A stretch of 64,000 bases of DNA from a virus. The notes beneath the pieces are model-generated. The model worked only from the letters and a program-made list of their open reading frames with translations. It was not told the DNA's origin and ran no database searches. Position numbers and translations under genes: made by a program. This document shows positions 34,299-44,000 of this stretch, in pieces. How positions within the stretch are numbered: the stretch's first letter is position 1; the number at the start of each line of letters is the position of its first letter. Location: positions 1-64,000 of the IMG/VR virus record IMGVR_UViG_3300028569_002801. One strand, given 5' to 3'.

Positions 34299-36728
34299 TT
34301 ATTGAAAAACTTTTGAAATATTATCTTCTTTTTTAATTTTAACAAGATTGTCAGCCCAATTTGTAATTAATGGGTTATGTGATATAATTAATATTTTTTC
34401 AAAATAGTCTTTTATTTTTATAAAAAATTCACCTACTAAATCTAAATTATCGTTAGATATTTTACCAAAGACTTCATCCATTACCACAATATTTGGTTTT
34501 GGTAAAGAACATATCTTACTTAACACAGATCTTAAAGCTAACGATGCTATCGTTCTTTCATAACCCGAACCTGAAGACATTAGTTTTTCAATTCCCGTTC
34601 CATTATCTATCATTAAAAACTCAACTTCATTTTTATCGGAGATTCTAATTTCCAACTTGAAGTATGAACTATCCTCCATTAATCTTTGAAGTTCCGAGTT
34701 AATTAAAGGCATCATAGTTTTCATTATAATTTTGGATATTCCGTTTTTACCGTAAGCTTCCAAATATATTTTGTGAATTTTTTCTTTTTCCTGTTCTTCA
34801 GAAATTTTTATGATGTTAGTTAAATTTGTTTTAATTTTTTCTTCTAAAGACTTAATCAAATATTCATCAGAATTAATTTGATTTTGTTTTTGTGTTTTTT
34901 GTCTTTCTAAGTCTTCCAATCTCAACCCAGCCTTAATTAACATACTATCGATATGTTCGTTAGCTTTAATTTTATCTAACATTTTATCATATTCTGTTAA
35001 CTTGGTTTGAAGAGTCCCTATTTTTAACTGATAGTTCTCAATAGTTGCTTCGTGTTTTTCTTTGATTAGTTTGTTTTTCTCATACTCATCAAACTGTTTT
35101 TTAATATGAACAAATCCCTTTTCTTTGCTTGTTAAAACAGTCATTAACCCCTCTTTTTCCCCTTTTTGCCTAATATAACCATCAAGTTCGGATATCTTTT
35201 GTTGTGTAATCGATGCGTTCATCAAGTCAATACCACAGTGTTCACACTTAATACCTCCCTTAACAGAACTTTTCAATTTCTCAATCTCAGAGATTTTTGT
35301 ATCCAACTGAACCTTTTCTTTAAACACGTTATTATACTCTTCTTTTACTTTATCGTGCTCATCTTCTTTATAGAATTCTTTTGGTTCAACAACATTAAGT
35401 TCGTCAAGTTTTAATTTTGTTTGTTCTACCTGATACGTATGTCCTTCAATTTCTTGGTTTACTTGACTAGGATTCATTCTACTTAATTCTACATCTATGT
35501 CAGTATGTTTTTTCTTCAACATATCATCACGATATTCCTTACCTTTTACAATATTTTCATTAATTGTTTGAAGTTCCAATTTGTACGTATCAAGATTACC
35601 GTTTAATTCTGTAATTTTTAATTCGTTATTTTCGTTATCAGTCTTAAGTTGTTCAGTATTATAAATGTTTGATAACATTGATTTTGAAAAGTCTGAATAA
35701 ATTCCTTTTGCAGATTCTTCTTTTCTTTTCAAAAACTCAAGTCCCATAAAACGTGACAATACCTGACCTCTTGCTGTTGGTTTTGCATCAATCAGCTCCT
35801 CAAGGTTTGTTGCCGTTGTAAGTATTGTCATCAAGAAATCGTCTTTAGTTCCGATAGATTCTTTGATAAACTTTTCAGTTTCTCGTCTTTGTTCTCCAGT
35901 AAAGTTTTGAAGTGTTCCGTCAGATAATTTTTTAAAGAAGTCCAACTCAGTTTTAACATTCCATTCACCCTTTTTAGACATCTTTCTTTCGATATTTCTT
36001 ACAATGATGTATTCTTCACCATCAATTACAATATCTCCTTTTACGGACACTTTATCTATGTCTGTAAACCTATTAAAGATTTCTTCAGCCTTTGTTGTTT
36101 TTGTTGTCTCATTAAAGAATAAAAACAAAAGTAAGTCAACCGATAGTACAGTTTTACCCCCAAAGTTAGGTGGGTTTGATTCTATAACCGTTAACCCATT
36201 ACATTTTTCAAAATCAATCTTTTGGTTTTCTCCATAAGAAAGGAAATTAGAAAACTCAATGTTTTTAATATACCATTTTTTGAATACCGTTGTTTCGGTA
36301 TCATTTTCCTGCATCTTATTCTCAACCATTCTGTTGTGATTCAAAATACGATCTAAATAATTATCGTAACCCTTACTTGTTAAGTACTGTTTTAACAAAT
36401 CAACCTGATAGTTTGTATCCATAACATTCATAGATACATCAACAGTTTGTTCACTATCTTCCTGTGTAGTTTTAACTTTAGTTATAACATTAACATTGGT
36501 TGTGTTATACTTTTTTTGAAAATAGTGTTTTACCCCCTTAATTTTATCTTGGGTGAAGTTTTCATTAACGTCTTCCCAAACCACTTGTATATATGGGTTT
36601 TCAAACTTCGAAAAGTCTATTTCTTTTGTCATCAATTCGTAATTAAATAGTTTACTCTCCTTGAACAGGTTCAACTGATTCGGATCCTTCTTGTGTTGTT
36701 TCTTCTTGTACGTTCTCTTCATCTCCAA
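34299..36728 (-). CDS. Rad50/SbcC/gp46-like recombination ATPase with N-terminal extension
   Basis: NFLSYG, Walker A NFGGKT, CEHC hook, SGSGYE signature, VVMDE Walker B, IISH; true start may be MTKEID at 36632. Confidence 0.93.
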   Translation of the reverse strand: MEMKRTYKKKQHKKDPNQLNLFKESKLFNYELMTKEIDFSKFENPYIQVVWEDVNENFTQDKIKGVKHYFQKKYNTTNVNVITKVKTTQEDSEQTVDVSMNVMDTNYQVDLLKQYLTSKGYDNYLDRILNHNRMVENKMQENDTETTVFKKWYIKNIEFSNFLSYGENQKIDFEKCNGLTVIESNPPNFGGKTVLSVDLLLFLFFNETTKTTKAEEIFNRFTDIDKVSVKGDIVIDGEEYIIVRNIERKMSKKGEWNVKTELDFFKKLSDGTLQNFTGEQRRETEKFIKESIGTKDDFLMTILTTATNLEELIDAKPTARGQVLSRFMGLEFLKRKEESAKGIYSDFSKSMLSNIYNTEQLKTDNENNELKITELNGNLDTYKLELQTINENIVKGKEYRDDMLKKKHTDIDVELSRMNPSQVNQEIEGHTYQVEQTKLKLDELNVVEPKEFYKEDEHDKVKEEYNNVFKEKVQLDTKISEIEKLKSSVKGGIKCEHCGIDLMNASITQQKISELDGYIRQKGEKEGLMTVLTSKEKGFVHIKKQFDEYEKNKLIKEKHEATIENYQLKIGTLQTKLTEYDKMLDKIKANEHIDSMLIKAGLRLEDLERQKTQKQNQINSDEYLIKSLEEKIKTNLTNIIKISEEQEKEKIHKIYLEAYGKNGISKIIMKTMMPLINSELQRLMEDSSYFKLEIRISDKNEVEFLMIDNGTGIEKLMSSGSGYERTIASLALRSVLSKICSLPKPNIVVMDEVFGKISNDNLDLVGEFFIKIKDYFEKILIISHNPLITNWADNLVKIKKEDNISKVFQ

Positions 36729-36906
36729 ATAGTCCTGTTAATCCTGACATTGTATCACCTGACATAGCAGCAAATTGTTCTTTCATTTTTTCCATCTGTT
36801 CTTGGAAAGCGTCTTGCCAAACTTTTTTCATTTGTTTTTCTTGTACTTTCAAATTATCGTTTCTTTTCGCTACCTTCGCTCTATGAGCCTTTGCTGCTTT
36901 TCCCAT
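36652..36906 (-). CDS. hypothetical protein
   Basis: 84-aa ORF, basic N-terminus, acidic C-terminus. Confidence 0.65.
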   Translation of the reverse strand: MGKAAKAHRAKVAKRNDNLKVQEKQMKKVWQDAFQEQMEKMKEQFAAMSGDTMSGLTGLFGDEENVQEETTQEGSESVEPVQGE

Positions 36907-36918
36907 TCTATATTTGTT

Positions 36919-37281
36919 TTATTTATTATTACTTGGTCTATTCTCTTCAAACCATTCTATCACCGCATTTATTGCCCATACAAATCCAGCAGATAACATA
37001 CCATCAAAAAATACGGATAAATATTTATTAAGTCCAATAATCTCCACGTTTGGTGAAAAATAAGCTAAGGATAAAAAGAATCCAACCCACGTACTAGTAC
37101 ATAAAATACATTTTATTAAGTCAGACACAAAAGAAAACACAGAAGTTAATATTTTCAATCCATTACCTGGTTGTGCGTTTTTGTGTATCCAATTTCTCAA
37201 TCCGTTAAAGATTGAACCATAAACTAAAATTGTCGTCATTCCATAGGCTACGACCGCCCAAATTAATAAATTCATAATCAT
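36919..37281 (-). CDS. DUF1360-like membrane protein
   Basis: SIFNGLRNW...LIKCILCTSTWVG with TMs. Confidence 0.6.
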   Translation of the reverse strand: MIMNLLIWAVVAYGMTTILVYGSIFNGLRNWIHKNAQPGNGLKILTSVFSFVSDLIKCILCTSTWVGFFLSLAYFSPNVEIIGLNKYLSVFFDGMLSAGFVWAINAVIEWFEENRPSNNK

Positions 37282-37871
37282 TTGTATAAATCATTGTTTA
37301 GGTTAGATCCACCATGAAACTTGGCGGGAATATTGCCAAGTTGTTTTGGTATGTCTAACAATTGTTTTTCTAATTCTTCGTTTTTCTTTTTTAATTCTCT
37401 AACCTCCGAAGTAAGGTTTTGAATTGTTTGTTGTAACATCTTTAACTTATTATCGTCTACAGGAATGTCTAAATTACGTCTAAGTTCGTCTAAAGTTTGA
37501 CTAAGTTTAGATATTTCTTCATCTTTTTTAGTTATAGTTTCATTAAGGTCATTTTCAATGTTTTTGTCACTAATATATTCTATTTTTGTGACAATTTTCT
37601 CAACTTCTTTGATTACCTCAACTGGTACTTCTACCCGTTTTTCACGGATTACCTCAATTTCTACCCGTTTTTCACCAACAATACCCGTTTTTAAGTCTTT
37701 TTCATCTTCATTAAGTGTTTTTCCTAAAAGTCCGTATTTCTGAATATTAAATCCGGTGTCAAAACATTTTTTAATAAACCCATCAACATCTTCAATACTG
37801 TTTAGTTTACAGTATTCAGATACTGATTTCAATATGGTTTTATTAAATATTTCTGAGTACTTCAGTTCCAT
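37278..37871 (-). CDS. coiled-coil protein with VEV/IKEV repeats
   Basis: EKRVEIEVIREKRVEVPVEVIKEVEKIV. Confidence 0.75.
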   Translation of the reverse strand: MELKYSEIFNKTILKSVSEYCKLNSIEDVDGFIKKCFDTGFNIQKYGLLGKTLNEDEKDLKTGIVGEKRVEIEVIREKRVEVPVEVIKEVEKIVTKIEYISDKNIENDLNETITKKDEEISKLSQTLDELRRNLDIPVDDNKLKMLQQTIQNLTSEVRELKKKNEELEKQLLDIPKQLGNIPAKFHGGSNLNNDLYK

Positions 37872-38556
37872 TTATTTTATTACTTTTTTTCAAATTATCT
37901 TCAGCCCATAGTGGTTGGAGATTTGTGTAATGACAAAGTTTATAAACTTCATCTTTGGTTTTTGCTGAAGATAGTGGTATTATGTGATCTATATGTATCT
38001 TTTCACCCAATAATTCCCAACACATACTATCAGTAAATTTATTTTCAATATATTCTTTAAGAAATTCAGGCGTACACCCAACAATTTCAAATGTTTTGTT
38101 TTTTTTATATATATTTTTAGTTTTTATAAACTTATTAATCCTATTTCTAACATATGTTTTTAATTTAAAAAAACTATCATATTTTAACCTATTTTTGGTA
38201 TAATTTATACTTCTTTCAATAACTTTTTCCTTATTGTTTTCATAATATTTTTTTAATCTATTTTTTTCTTTTTCTTTATTTTTTTCCCGATATTCTTTAC
38301 TTAAAATTTTAAGTTTTTCTTTATTTATATTCCTATAATTGGATGCCACTTCTTTTCTTTTTTCAGTATTATTTTGTCTCCATAATTTAGATTTTAACTT
38401 TATCTCTTCAACATTCTCTAAATAATTTTCTGACGCCATTTTTTTACGACAAACTTTACAAGTTGTAAACCTACCATATAACCCACCTTTTCTTTTATGG
38501 AAATCATCCAATTTTTTATTACAATTACAAATTTTACATATTTTTGTATTTTTCAT
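37843..38556 (-). CDS. HNH homing endonuclease
   Basis: CKIC...CKVC, IHIDHIIPLS...CHYTNLQPLWAEDNLKKSNK. Confidence 0.88.
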   Translation of the reverse strand: MKNTKICKICNCNKKLDDFHKRKGGLYGRFTTCKVCRKKMASENYLENVEEIKLKSKLWRQNNTEKRKEVASNYRNINKEKLKILSKEYREKNKEKEKNRLKKYYENNKEKVIERSINYTKNRLKYDSFFKLKTYVRNRINKFIKTKNIYKKNKTFEIVGCTPEFLKEYIENKFTDSMCWELLGEKIHIDHIIPLSSAKTKDEVYKLCHYTNLQPLWAEDNLKKSNKINGTEVLRNI

Positions 38557-38695
38557 CTTTATAATCTTTAAGTAGTTTATTTACTAAAGAAGATAAATTA
38601 ATATGTAATGATCGATAAAACTTTAGTAATTCAGGATCAAGTGATACAGATACTTTAGTTTTTTTATCATCATCTTTTATTTTAGATCTTCCCAT
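38534..38695 (-). CDS. ribbon-helix-helix-like small protein, 53 aa (not in ORF track)
   Basis: MGRSKIKDDDKKTKVSVSLDPELLKFYRSLHINLSSLVNKLLKDYKDEKYKNM. Confidence 0.65.
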   Translation of the reverse strand: MGRSKIKDDDKKTKVSVSLDPELLKFYRSLHINLSSLVNKLLKDYKDEKYKNM

Positions 38696-38740
38696 ATAAT
38701 ATAAATATATCAATAAATTAAAAAGTGTGAATAATATTAA

Positions 38741-39520
38741 TTAAATATTTAATAATTTTTCAGTCCCGTTTTCAATATCCTCAAAAGATTTTATTGAAAA
38801 TTTCAAGAATGGTTTTGGGTTGAATAAATCAACATAATCATATTCCTTTGTTTCAACATCATAAATACCATACCCATGTTTTGTAATACTTTCACCGATA
38901 TTGTTTTGGATTGTGGATCCAATCATATACCCCTTACCTCCCTTAATTTGAAATTCAGCACGTTTATGAATATCCCCACATAAAACAATTTCTAACCCAT
39001 CAAATTTAGATAACGAATATGCCTCCTCACCGAACTCAAAACCTAAATCCGTTTTAAGTCCCTGTATTGGCCCATGAAATAAACCAATTTTAATGCCGGT
39101 TGCTTCATTAATATCTGGTGGAATGTTTCCTTGAAACTGTGAATACACACACCAACTGATATTTTCATCTTCATAGACACCTCTATCTCTATAGTAAACA
39201 ATATTTGGATTATTTAATGACTCAATTATTGGTGTTAAGGAATCTAATCTATCTAAATTATTTATAATTGCATCGTGATTTCCAGGTATAATGATTGTTT
39301 TAGTAATGTTAGAGCATTCCTTCAATAACCACGAAACAATACTTATTAATTCAGGAGTTAACTGATTTTTGGAATGTATTAAGTCTCCAGAAAAAATTAT
39401 ACGGTCAGGAGATAATTCTTTCCATTGGTCAATTGCGTTCTCCAATATTTTTCTGTATTGATCGTGATCCTTAAACAGTTTTATGTGAAGGTCTGAAAAA
39501 TGTACTAGTTTTTTTATCAT
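38741..39520 (-). CDS. Mre11/SbcD/gp47-like metallophosphoesterase nuclease
   Basis: SDLH, GDL, GNHD, FHG, GDIH motifs. Confidence 0.92.
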   Translation of the reverse strand: MIKKLVHFSDLHIKLFKDHDQYRKILENAIDQWKELSPDRIIFSGDLIHSKNQLTPELISIVSWLLKECSNITKTIIIPGNHDAIINNLDRLDSLTPIIESLNNPNIVYYRDRGVYEDENISWCVYSQFQGNIPPDINEATGIKIGLFHGPIQGLKTDLGFEFGEEAYSLSKFDGLEIVLCGDIHKRAEFQIKGGKGYMIGSTIQNNIGESITKHGYGIYDVETKEYDYVDLFNPKPFLKFSIKSFEDIENGTEKLLNI

Positions 39521-39753
39521 TACATTACAATTTTTGGTGGTTTACCTAACTCATCTTCGTCAGCATTAAATAAAGGAACCTTTATCCTATTAAATGGTTT
39601 TGGTATTGTGGTTGATGGATTCGGAAAAAATGGATCAACATCTTTAACTTCCTGCATTTTTTCAACAATAGGTGATATGTCGATATTCTTATCTTCCAAT
39701 TTACCATGTAAATATCCTTCTAACCAAAAATAAAATTCTTTAAAACTTATCAT
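39520..39753 (-). CDS. hypothetical protein
   Basis: FYFWLEGY N-terminal motif. Confidence 0.65.
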   Translation of the reverse strand: MISFKEFYFWLEGYLHGKLEDKNIDISPIVEKMQEVKDVDPFFPNPSTTIPKPFNRIKVPLFNADEDELGKPPKIVM

Positions 39754-39956
39754 ACGTAATCCTCCTCTATACTAAAATCATATTCATCTTCGTCTTGGAT
39801 TTTATCACAATCAAATTCCTGATTTCCTCTAAAATCAACTTCTTCGTAAAACTTTTCTTCATCTTCTTCAAAAAGTTTTGCTTCTTCATGTGTTAACTCG
39901 GCAGAATACTTACAAATAGTTTTGTAAGACTCAAACCATACTAATTTTTTTCCCAT
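39750..39956 (-). CDS. hypothetical acidic protein
   Basis: 68-aa ORF. Confidence 0.6.
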   Translation of the reverse strand: MGKKLVWFESYKTICKYSAELTHEEAKLFEEDEEKFYEEVDFRGNQEFDCDKIQDEDEYDFSIEEDYV

Positions 39957-40108
39957 TTTTATTTAATTTAATTCTCGATTATAAAGGTTTGCTAAAATAA
40001 TCCTTGCAAACTTAAATTCTTTTGCTATGTTTAATTTTAAACCATAAGTGTTTGCAATCACTTTAAGGTGTGGATACGCTTCACTTATGGTCATCTTACC
40101 TATTACCA

Positions 40109-40324
40109 TTACTTATCAAATAATTTGAACTCGTCATTTATGTAACCACATTCATCACAACGATATGTGGGAAAGGGAATGATGGTGTCCTCCAAACTAC
40201 CTGTTAATAGTTTAGGTACTTTTTTTAAGATGGTGACTTCTTTAAAATAAATTGAGTCACATTTCTCACACACAACCGTAGGTTGGTCTTTTAAATTGAT
40301 TTTTGGTTTGATGATTTCGTCCAT
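40109..40324 (-). CDS. small Zn-ribbon protein
   Basis: CEKC...CDECG. Confidence 0.75.
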   Translation of the reverse strand: MDEIIKPKINLKDQPTVVCEKCDSIYFKEVTILKKVPKLLTGSLEDTIIPFPTYRCDECGYINDEFKLFDK

Positions 40325-40426
40325 TATTTTATAATATAATTTATGTTTATTTTAATTGTTGAATGGTCCCAACTTGTGTTGGTGTACCAAATAGGTGTTA
40401 TTGTACTTTCCATAGTTTAATATAAT

Positions 40427-41302
40427 TTATTTTTTTAATGTTGTCAACTTTGGTTTTATGTCCATTTCCATAATCGTATCAATATCCTTTCTATCTACTC
40501 GATATTCTGTAAATTCCTGATCATCTGTTAAGTGGACAATAATACATCCTAAAAGTGGTAAATTTTCATATTCCGATCCTTTTAACATCTTTAACAATAA
40601 CTTACCATAAAGAGGTAATTGTGTATTATAGTGACCAAGAGCATTGTTAGGTAAATGTTTAAAAGGTTCTCTCATGGGTTTTGTATAGTTATTGGTTTCC
40701 ATATTTTTCTTTTTGTTTGATTTATAGTCGGTAATAATAAATCCATATCCGGTTTTACTTTTATTCATAATTAACCAACAAGTATCTCCCTGACCAACAT
40801 AACCCAGTTCCGGATCACCTAAAACAATTTCAGTATCAATTAATACCGCACCTCTTTCTTCCATAAGTTTTAAAAAATTATAACCAGCCTTAATCATACG
40901 ATCACCCTTCATAATCATTTCCATGTCACACTCATAAATTGGTTGTCTTACTTCTTTATTTAGTCCACACCTTTTTAATGTTTCAATTTCCAACTCATAA
41001 TGCACCCTACTACCCATATTTGTGGATATCTTACCCATCTCTTCCCATTCATCTAGTAATGTTTGCATCACATAAGGATCCCCCTTCGCCTTTGCCCTTG
41101 CCGCCTCCTCAGTAGGAAATTCATCATAAAATAATTTCATTACTTTTGAAACCGATGGGAAATCTTTTTTAAATTTTCCATCAACATCCATCATAGTATA
41201 TTCGTGACCATCTTCTTCAAAAGATAATTTTAACTCATTTCGTCTTATTGATAAGACATTTCTTATGTCTTCCGCAACTTTTTTTATTTCTTTTAAATTC
41301 AT
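40427..41302 (-). CDS. PD-(D/E)xK exonuclease (Cas4/RecB-like)
   Basis: PSVS, GSRVH, TE, GQGD, ITDYKS, QLPLY. Confidence 0.85.
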   Translation of the reverse strand: MNLKEIKKVAEDIRNVLSIRRNELKLSFEEDGHEYTMMDVDGKFKKDFPSVSKVMKLFYDEFPTEEAARAKAKGDPYVMQTLLDEWEEMGKISTNMGSRVHYELEIETLKRCGLNKEVRQPIYECDMEMIMKGDRMIKAGYNFLKLMEERGAVLIDTEIVLGDPELGYVGQGDTCWLIMNKSKTGYGFIITDYKSNKKKNMETNNYTKPMREPFKHLPNNALGHYNTQLPLYGKLLLKMLKGSEYENLPLLGCIIVHLTDDQEFTEYRVDRKDIDTIMEMDIKPKLTTLKK

Positions 41303-42219
41303 TTTTTATCTTCCACATAATATGGTGTAATATCACCCCTTAGATCACAAACGTCCTTGTCTTTTGGTAGTTTGACGAGTTTTACTCTATTATAAAGGGC
41401 TCCACCATTCAGTTTATCGTACAGTTTTTTTGCGTCGTCGTACGCATCTCCATCAAGACAAATGATGATATCCTTTTTTGCCTTGGTATAGAGTTTTTCC
41501 CACATATTGTCATTGATATACTTACCAAGTAACGCAATTGAGTTTTCTAAAAAGAAGGAATCAAAAACTCCTTCCACAATATAAATGTCTTTTTTAAAAT
41601 CAATCAGACTTTCATTAAAGATTAAAAAGTCCTTTGCAGCTTCGGGGTTTTTATATTTAAGTTTTGATTTTGGATTCCAAGATCTAGAAACGAAAAAGTT
41701 TAGATCACCTTTTTTATTAAAAGACGGGACAATAATCCTTCCGGCGTATTCACCTTCAATACAAATACCTATTTGGAATTTATCTATAATTTCTTGTGTG
41801 ATTCCTCGTTTTTTAAGGTAATTAAAGGCTTCTTTTCTTGGTATATGGACTGGATGTATTTCATCAAACTTTTTATATTCCTTTGGTAGTTCTAATTCTT
41901 TAAAGACTTTTTCTTTCTTTTCAAACTTATCGGGACGTATTAACTTATATGTTTTCTTATCTTTTTTTGAACCAAATTGACTAATAAGTTTTCCTATGTG
42001 TCCGTGAGTGTCGTGAGTTTCCCCACAGGACCAACAATGGTAAACACTTTTTTCTAAAGAAACCTCCAAATTACCTTTACCATCACCTCTATCCAATCCC
42101 TTTATTTCGTAAGAACAAACAGGACAATCATACGCAATCTGACCAATACTATCGTCGTATTTATGTGGGTCACCTAAAAAATTATCTAATACGTCTTTTA
42201 ATATGTCATAATCCATCAT
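41299..42219 (-). CDS. DNA primase (Zn finger plus TOPRIM)
   Basis: CPVC...HCWSC, YLKKRGI, RIIVP, IVEGVFD, LDGDA, KDVCD. Confidence 0.92.
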   Translation of the reverse strand: MMDYDILKDVLDNFLGDPHKYDDSIGQIAYDCPVCSYEIKGLDRGDGKGNLEVSLEKSVYHCWSCGETHDTHGHIGKLISQFGSKKDKKTYKLIRPDKFEKKEKVFKELELPKEYKKFDEIHPVHIPRKEAFNYLKKRGITQEIIDKFQIGICIEGEYAGRIIVPSFNKKGDLNFFVSRSWNPKSKLKYKNPEAAKDFLIFNESLIDFKKDIYIVEGVFDSFFLENSIALLGKYINDNMWEKLYTKAKKDIIICLDGDAYDDAKKLYDKLNGGALYNRVKLVKLPKDKDVCDLRGDITPYYVEDKK

Positions 42220-42249
42220 AAACTAATAATAGTAAAAGTTTTTAAATTA

Positions 42250-42771
42250 TCAAAACTTATTACTTTTAATATAATTTTCTAACGCCCATAATGGTTGTAA
42301 ATTTCCTAATGAATTAATCACTTTGGGGACCTCTTCTTTATCAAATGAAGATATTGGTTTTATATGGTCTATATGCCATAAACCGTAGTTTTCCCAAGAC
42401 ATCCCTTCTTTAAAGTTTTTTTCTAAATGTTGTTTAAGATCTTCCGCACTATAACCCAAAATATTTATTGTGTGATCTTTTTTTGAAATCTTTAAATGTT
42501 TTATTGTCCGATAAAGTAAAGTCCTCCAAGAATGGACATGTTTGTTTTTTTTATAATAGTTTTTATAAAATTCTTTTAAATAATCTTTATTATTTTCTCT
42601 AAACGTTTTGGCTCTTTTCCTATGTTCTATTTTTATATCTTCGTAATTTTCTTTAAAATTATTAGATCTACATATTTTGCACTGTTCCCTATAACCATCT
42701 TTTCTTCTTTTATGTTTATGAAATTCTGTTAATGGTTTTTCAATTTTACAAATTATACATACTTTACACAT
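42250..42771 (-). CDS. HNH homing endonuclease
   Basis: CIIC...CKIC, GMSWENYGLWHIDHIKPIS...NLQPLWALENYIKSNK. Confidence 0.88.
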   Translation of the reverse strand: MCKVCIICKIEKPLTEFHKHKRRKDGYREQCKICRSNNFKENYEDIKIEHRKRAKTFRENNKDYLKEFYKNYYKKNKHVHSWRTLLYRTIKHLKISKKDHTINILGYSAEDLKQHLEKNFKEGMSWENYGLWHIDHIKPISSFDKEEVPKVINSLGNLQPLWALENYIKSNKF

Positions 42772-42796
42772 ACATTATATAAATATTTACAAAATA

Positions 42797-42822
42797 AAAA
42801 ACCCACCTTTATGGGGTGGGTT
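42797..42822 (-). terminator. intrinsic terminator
   Basis: AACCCACC-CCATAAA-GGTGGGTT plus T tract. Confidence 0.7.
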
Positions 42823-42841
42823 AATAAAATATTTTATTTTT

Positions 42842-43333
42842 TTATTCGTCAGATGCATCGCAATAATCATAACACTTATCCTCTAATTCAGAACATTCTA
42901 TTTCAAATTTTTGCATTCCACCAAAGAATTTTTTCTTACCTCTTAAATATAATTGGTTTTTTTCGCAATCATAAAATAATTCTAATTTAGTATCCATTCC
43001 TGGTTCCCAATTTTCTCCTCGTTCATATAAAAATTTATGTAGTTTTTTGTTACAACCTTCTTCAGGTCCATTTTCAAAAAATATAGGGTTATTTGACATG
43101 TCTACAACTTCTAATATGCTGTTACAACCTAACCCGTCTTTGGTTTGTGTTTCACAAGCAGCACCACGTAATACAACTTCCATAATTTCTAAACCACAAC
43201 TTGGATCAATTATCGTAAATTCTTTACCTCTAACTTTCATATCTAATTTAGAAATTCCAGATTCTGATTCTTTAATTATTCGTCTAACTATTCTAGTTAA
43301 ATCCGATTCAGTAAGTTTAATAATTTTTTTCAT
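42842..43333 (-). CDS. Cys-rich hypothetical protein with shared N-terminal motif
   Basis: MKKIIKLTESDLTRIVRRIIKES. Confidence 0.75.
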   Translation of the reverse strand: MKKIIKLTESDLTRIVRRIIKESESGISKLDMKVRGKEFTIIDPSCGLEIMEVVLRGAACETQTKDGLGCNSILEVVDMSNNPIFFENGPEEGCNKKLHKFLYERGENWEPGMDTKLELFYDCEKNQLYLRGKKKFFGGMQKFEIECSELEDKCYDYCDASDE

Positions 43334-43390
43334 TATTTTTTTTTAATTATTTATAATAATAAATATACGTTAGTTGTAAAAAAAACTAGT

Positions 43391-43996
43391 TTACCAAATC
43401 TTTTCTTGGTTCATATAACCAAGTACACAAGTGTAAGAATCCGCCATATCATAACACTCTTTCTTAAGTGTGTTATTTTTAGTATATAACCAAGTAATTT
43501 GTGGTTCTTTGTCTGATACCTTTTTCCAAATTAATTCTTTTTTGTCAATGTCTTTTGGTAATCCTCCAAATAGTACGTGTTTCCCTTTATCGTTTTGTTG
43601 TACAAAATCGGGCCAAGCATATTTTCTTGAATTATATGTAGATATATAATTAGGTACTATACCTAAAATATCATATATAGATTTGGTAATCATTGAATTA
43701 TATCTTAATAATGTTCCTACTGTCCACACATTATTAGAATTTAATAGTGGTTCTTCAATGATAACTTTAGATATCCCTAAGTTTTTATATCCTTGTAGTT
43801 TTTCTTCAAATAGATTTACCTTTAATAATAACTCGTGTATCTTATCGTCTACTTTTGGTTTTATAGTAGGAGAGAAATGAGTTAACTCTAAAAGTTCTTT
43901 TGTTTTAATATCAAATAAACTCCACCCTATTGTTTTGGTAGAGATATCCAACCCCAACACTTTAGGGGTATTTTTAAAATCTGATTTTTCTGACAT
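43391..43996 (-). CDS. RuvC-like Holliday junction resolvase
   Basis: VLGLDIS..TIGW, IIEEP, DMADS. Confidence 0.85.
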   Translation of the reverse strand: MSEKSDFKNTPKVLGLDISTKTIGWSLFDIKTKELLELTHFSPTIKPKVDDKIHELLLKVNLFEEKLQGYKNLGISKVIIEEPLLNSNNVWTVGTLLRYNSMITKSIYDILGIVPNYISTYNSRKYAWPDFVQQNDKGKHVLFGGLPKDIDKKELIWKKVSDKEPQITWLYTKNNTLKKECYDMADSYTCVLGYMNQEKIW

Positions 43997-44000
43997 ATAA

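Noticed and set aside
37629-37675. 17-nt direct repeat TTCTACCCGTTTTTCAC (and the VTPQ repeat near 29845-29870)
   Set aside because: In-frame intragenic duplications encoding peptide repeats; no evidence of a regulatory role
40427-41302. Cas4 as part of a CRISPR system
   Set aside because: No array or other cas genes, Fe-S cysteines not evident, and it sits in the replication module
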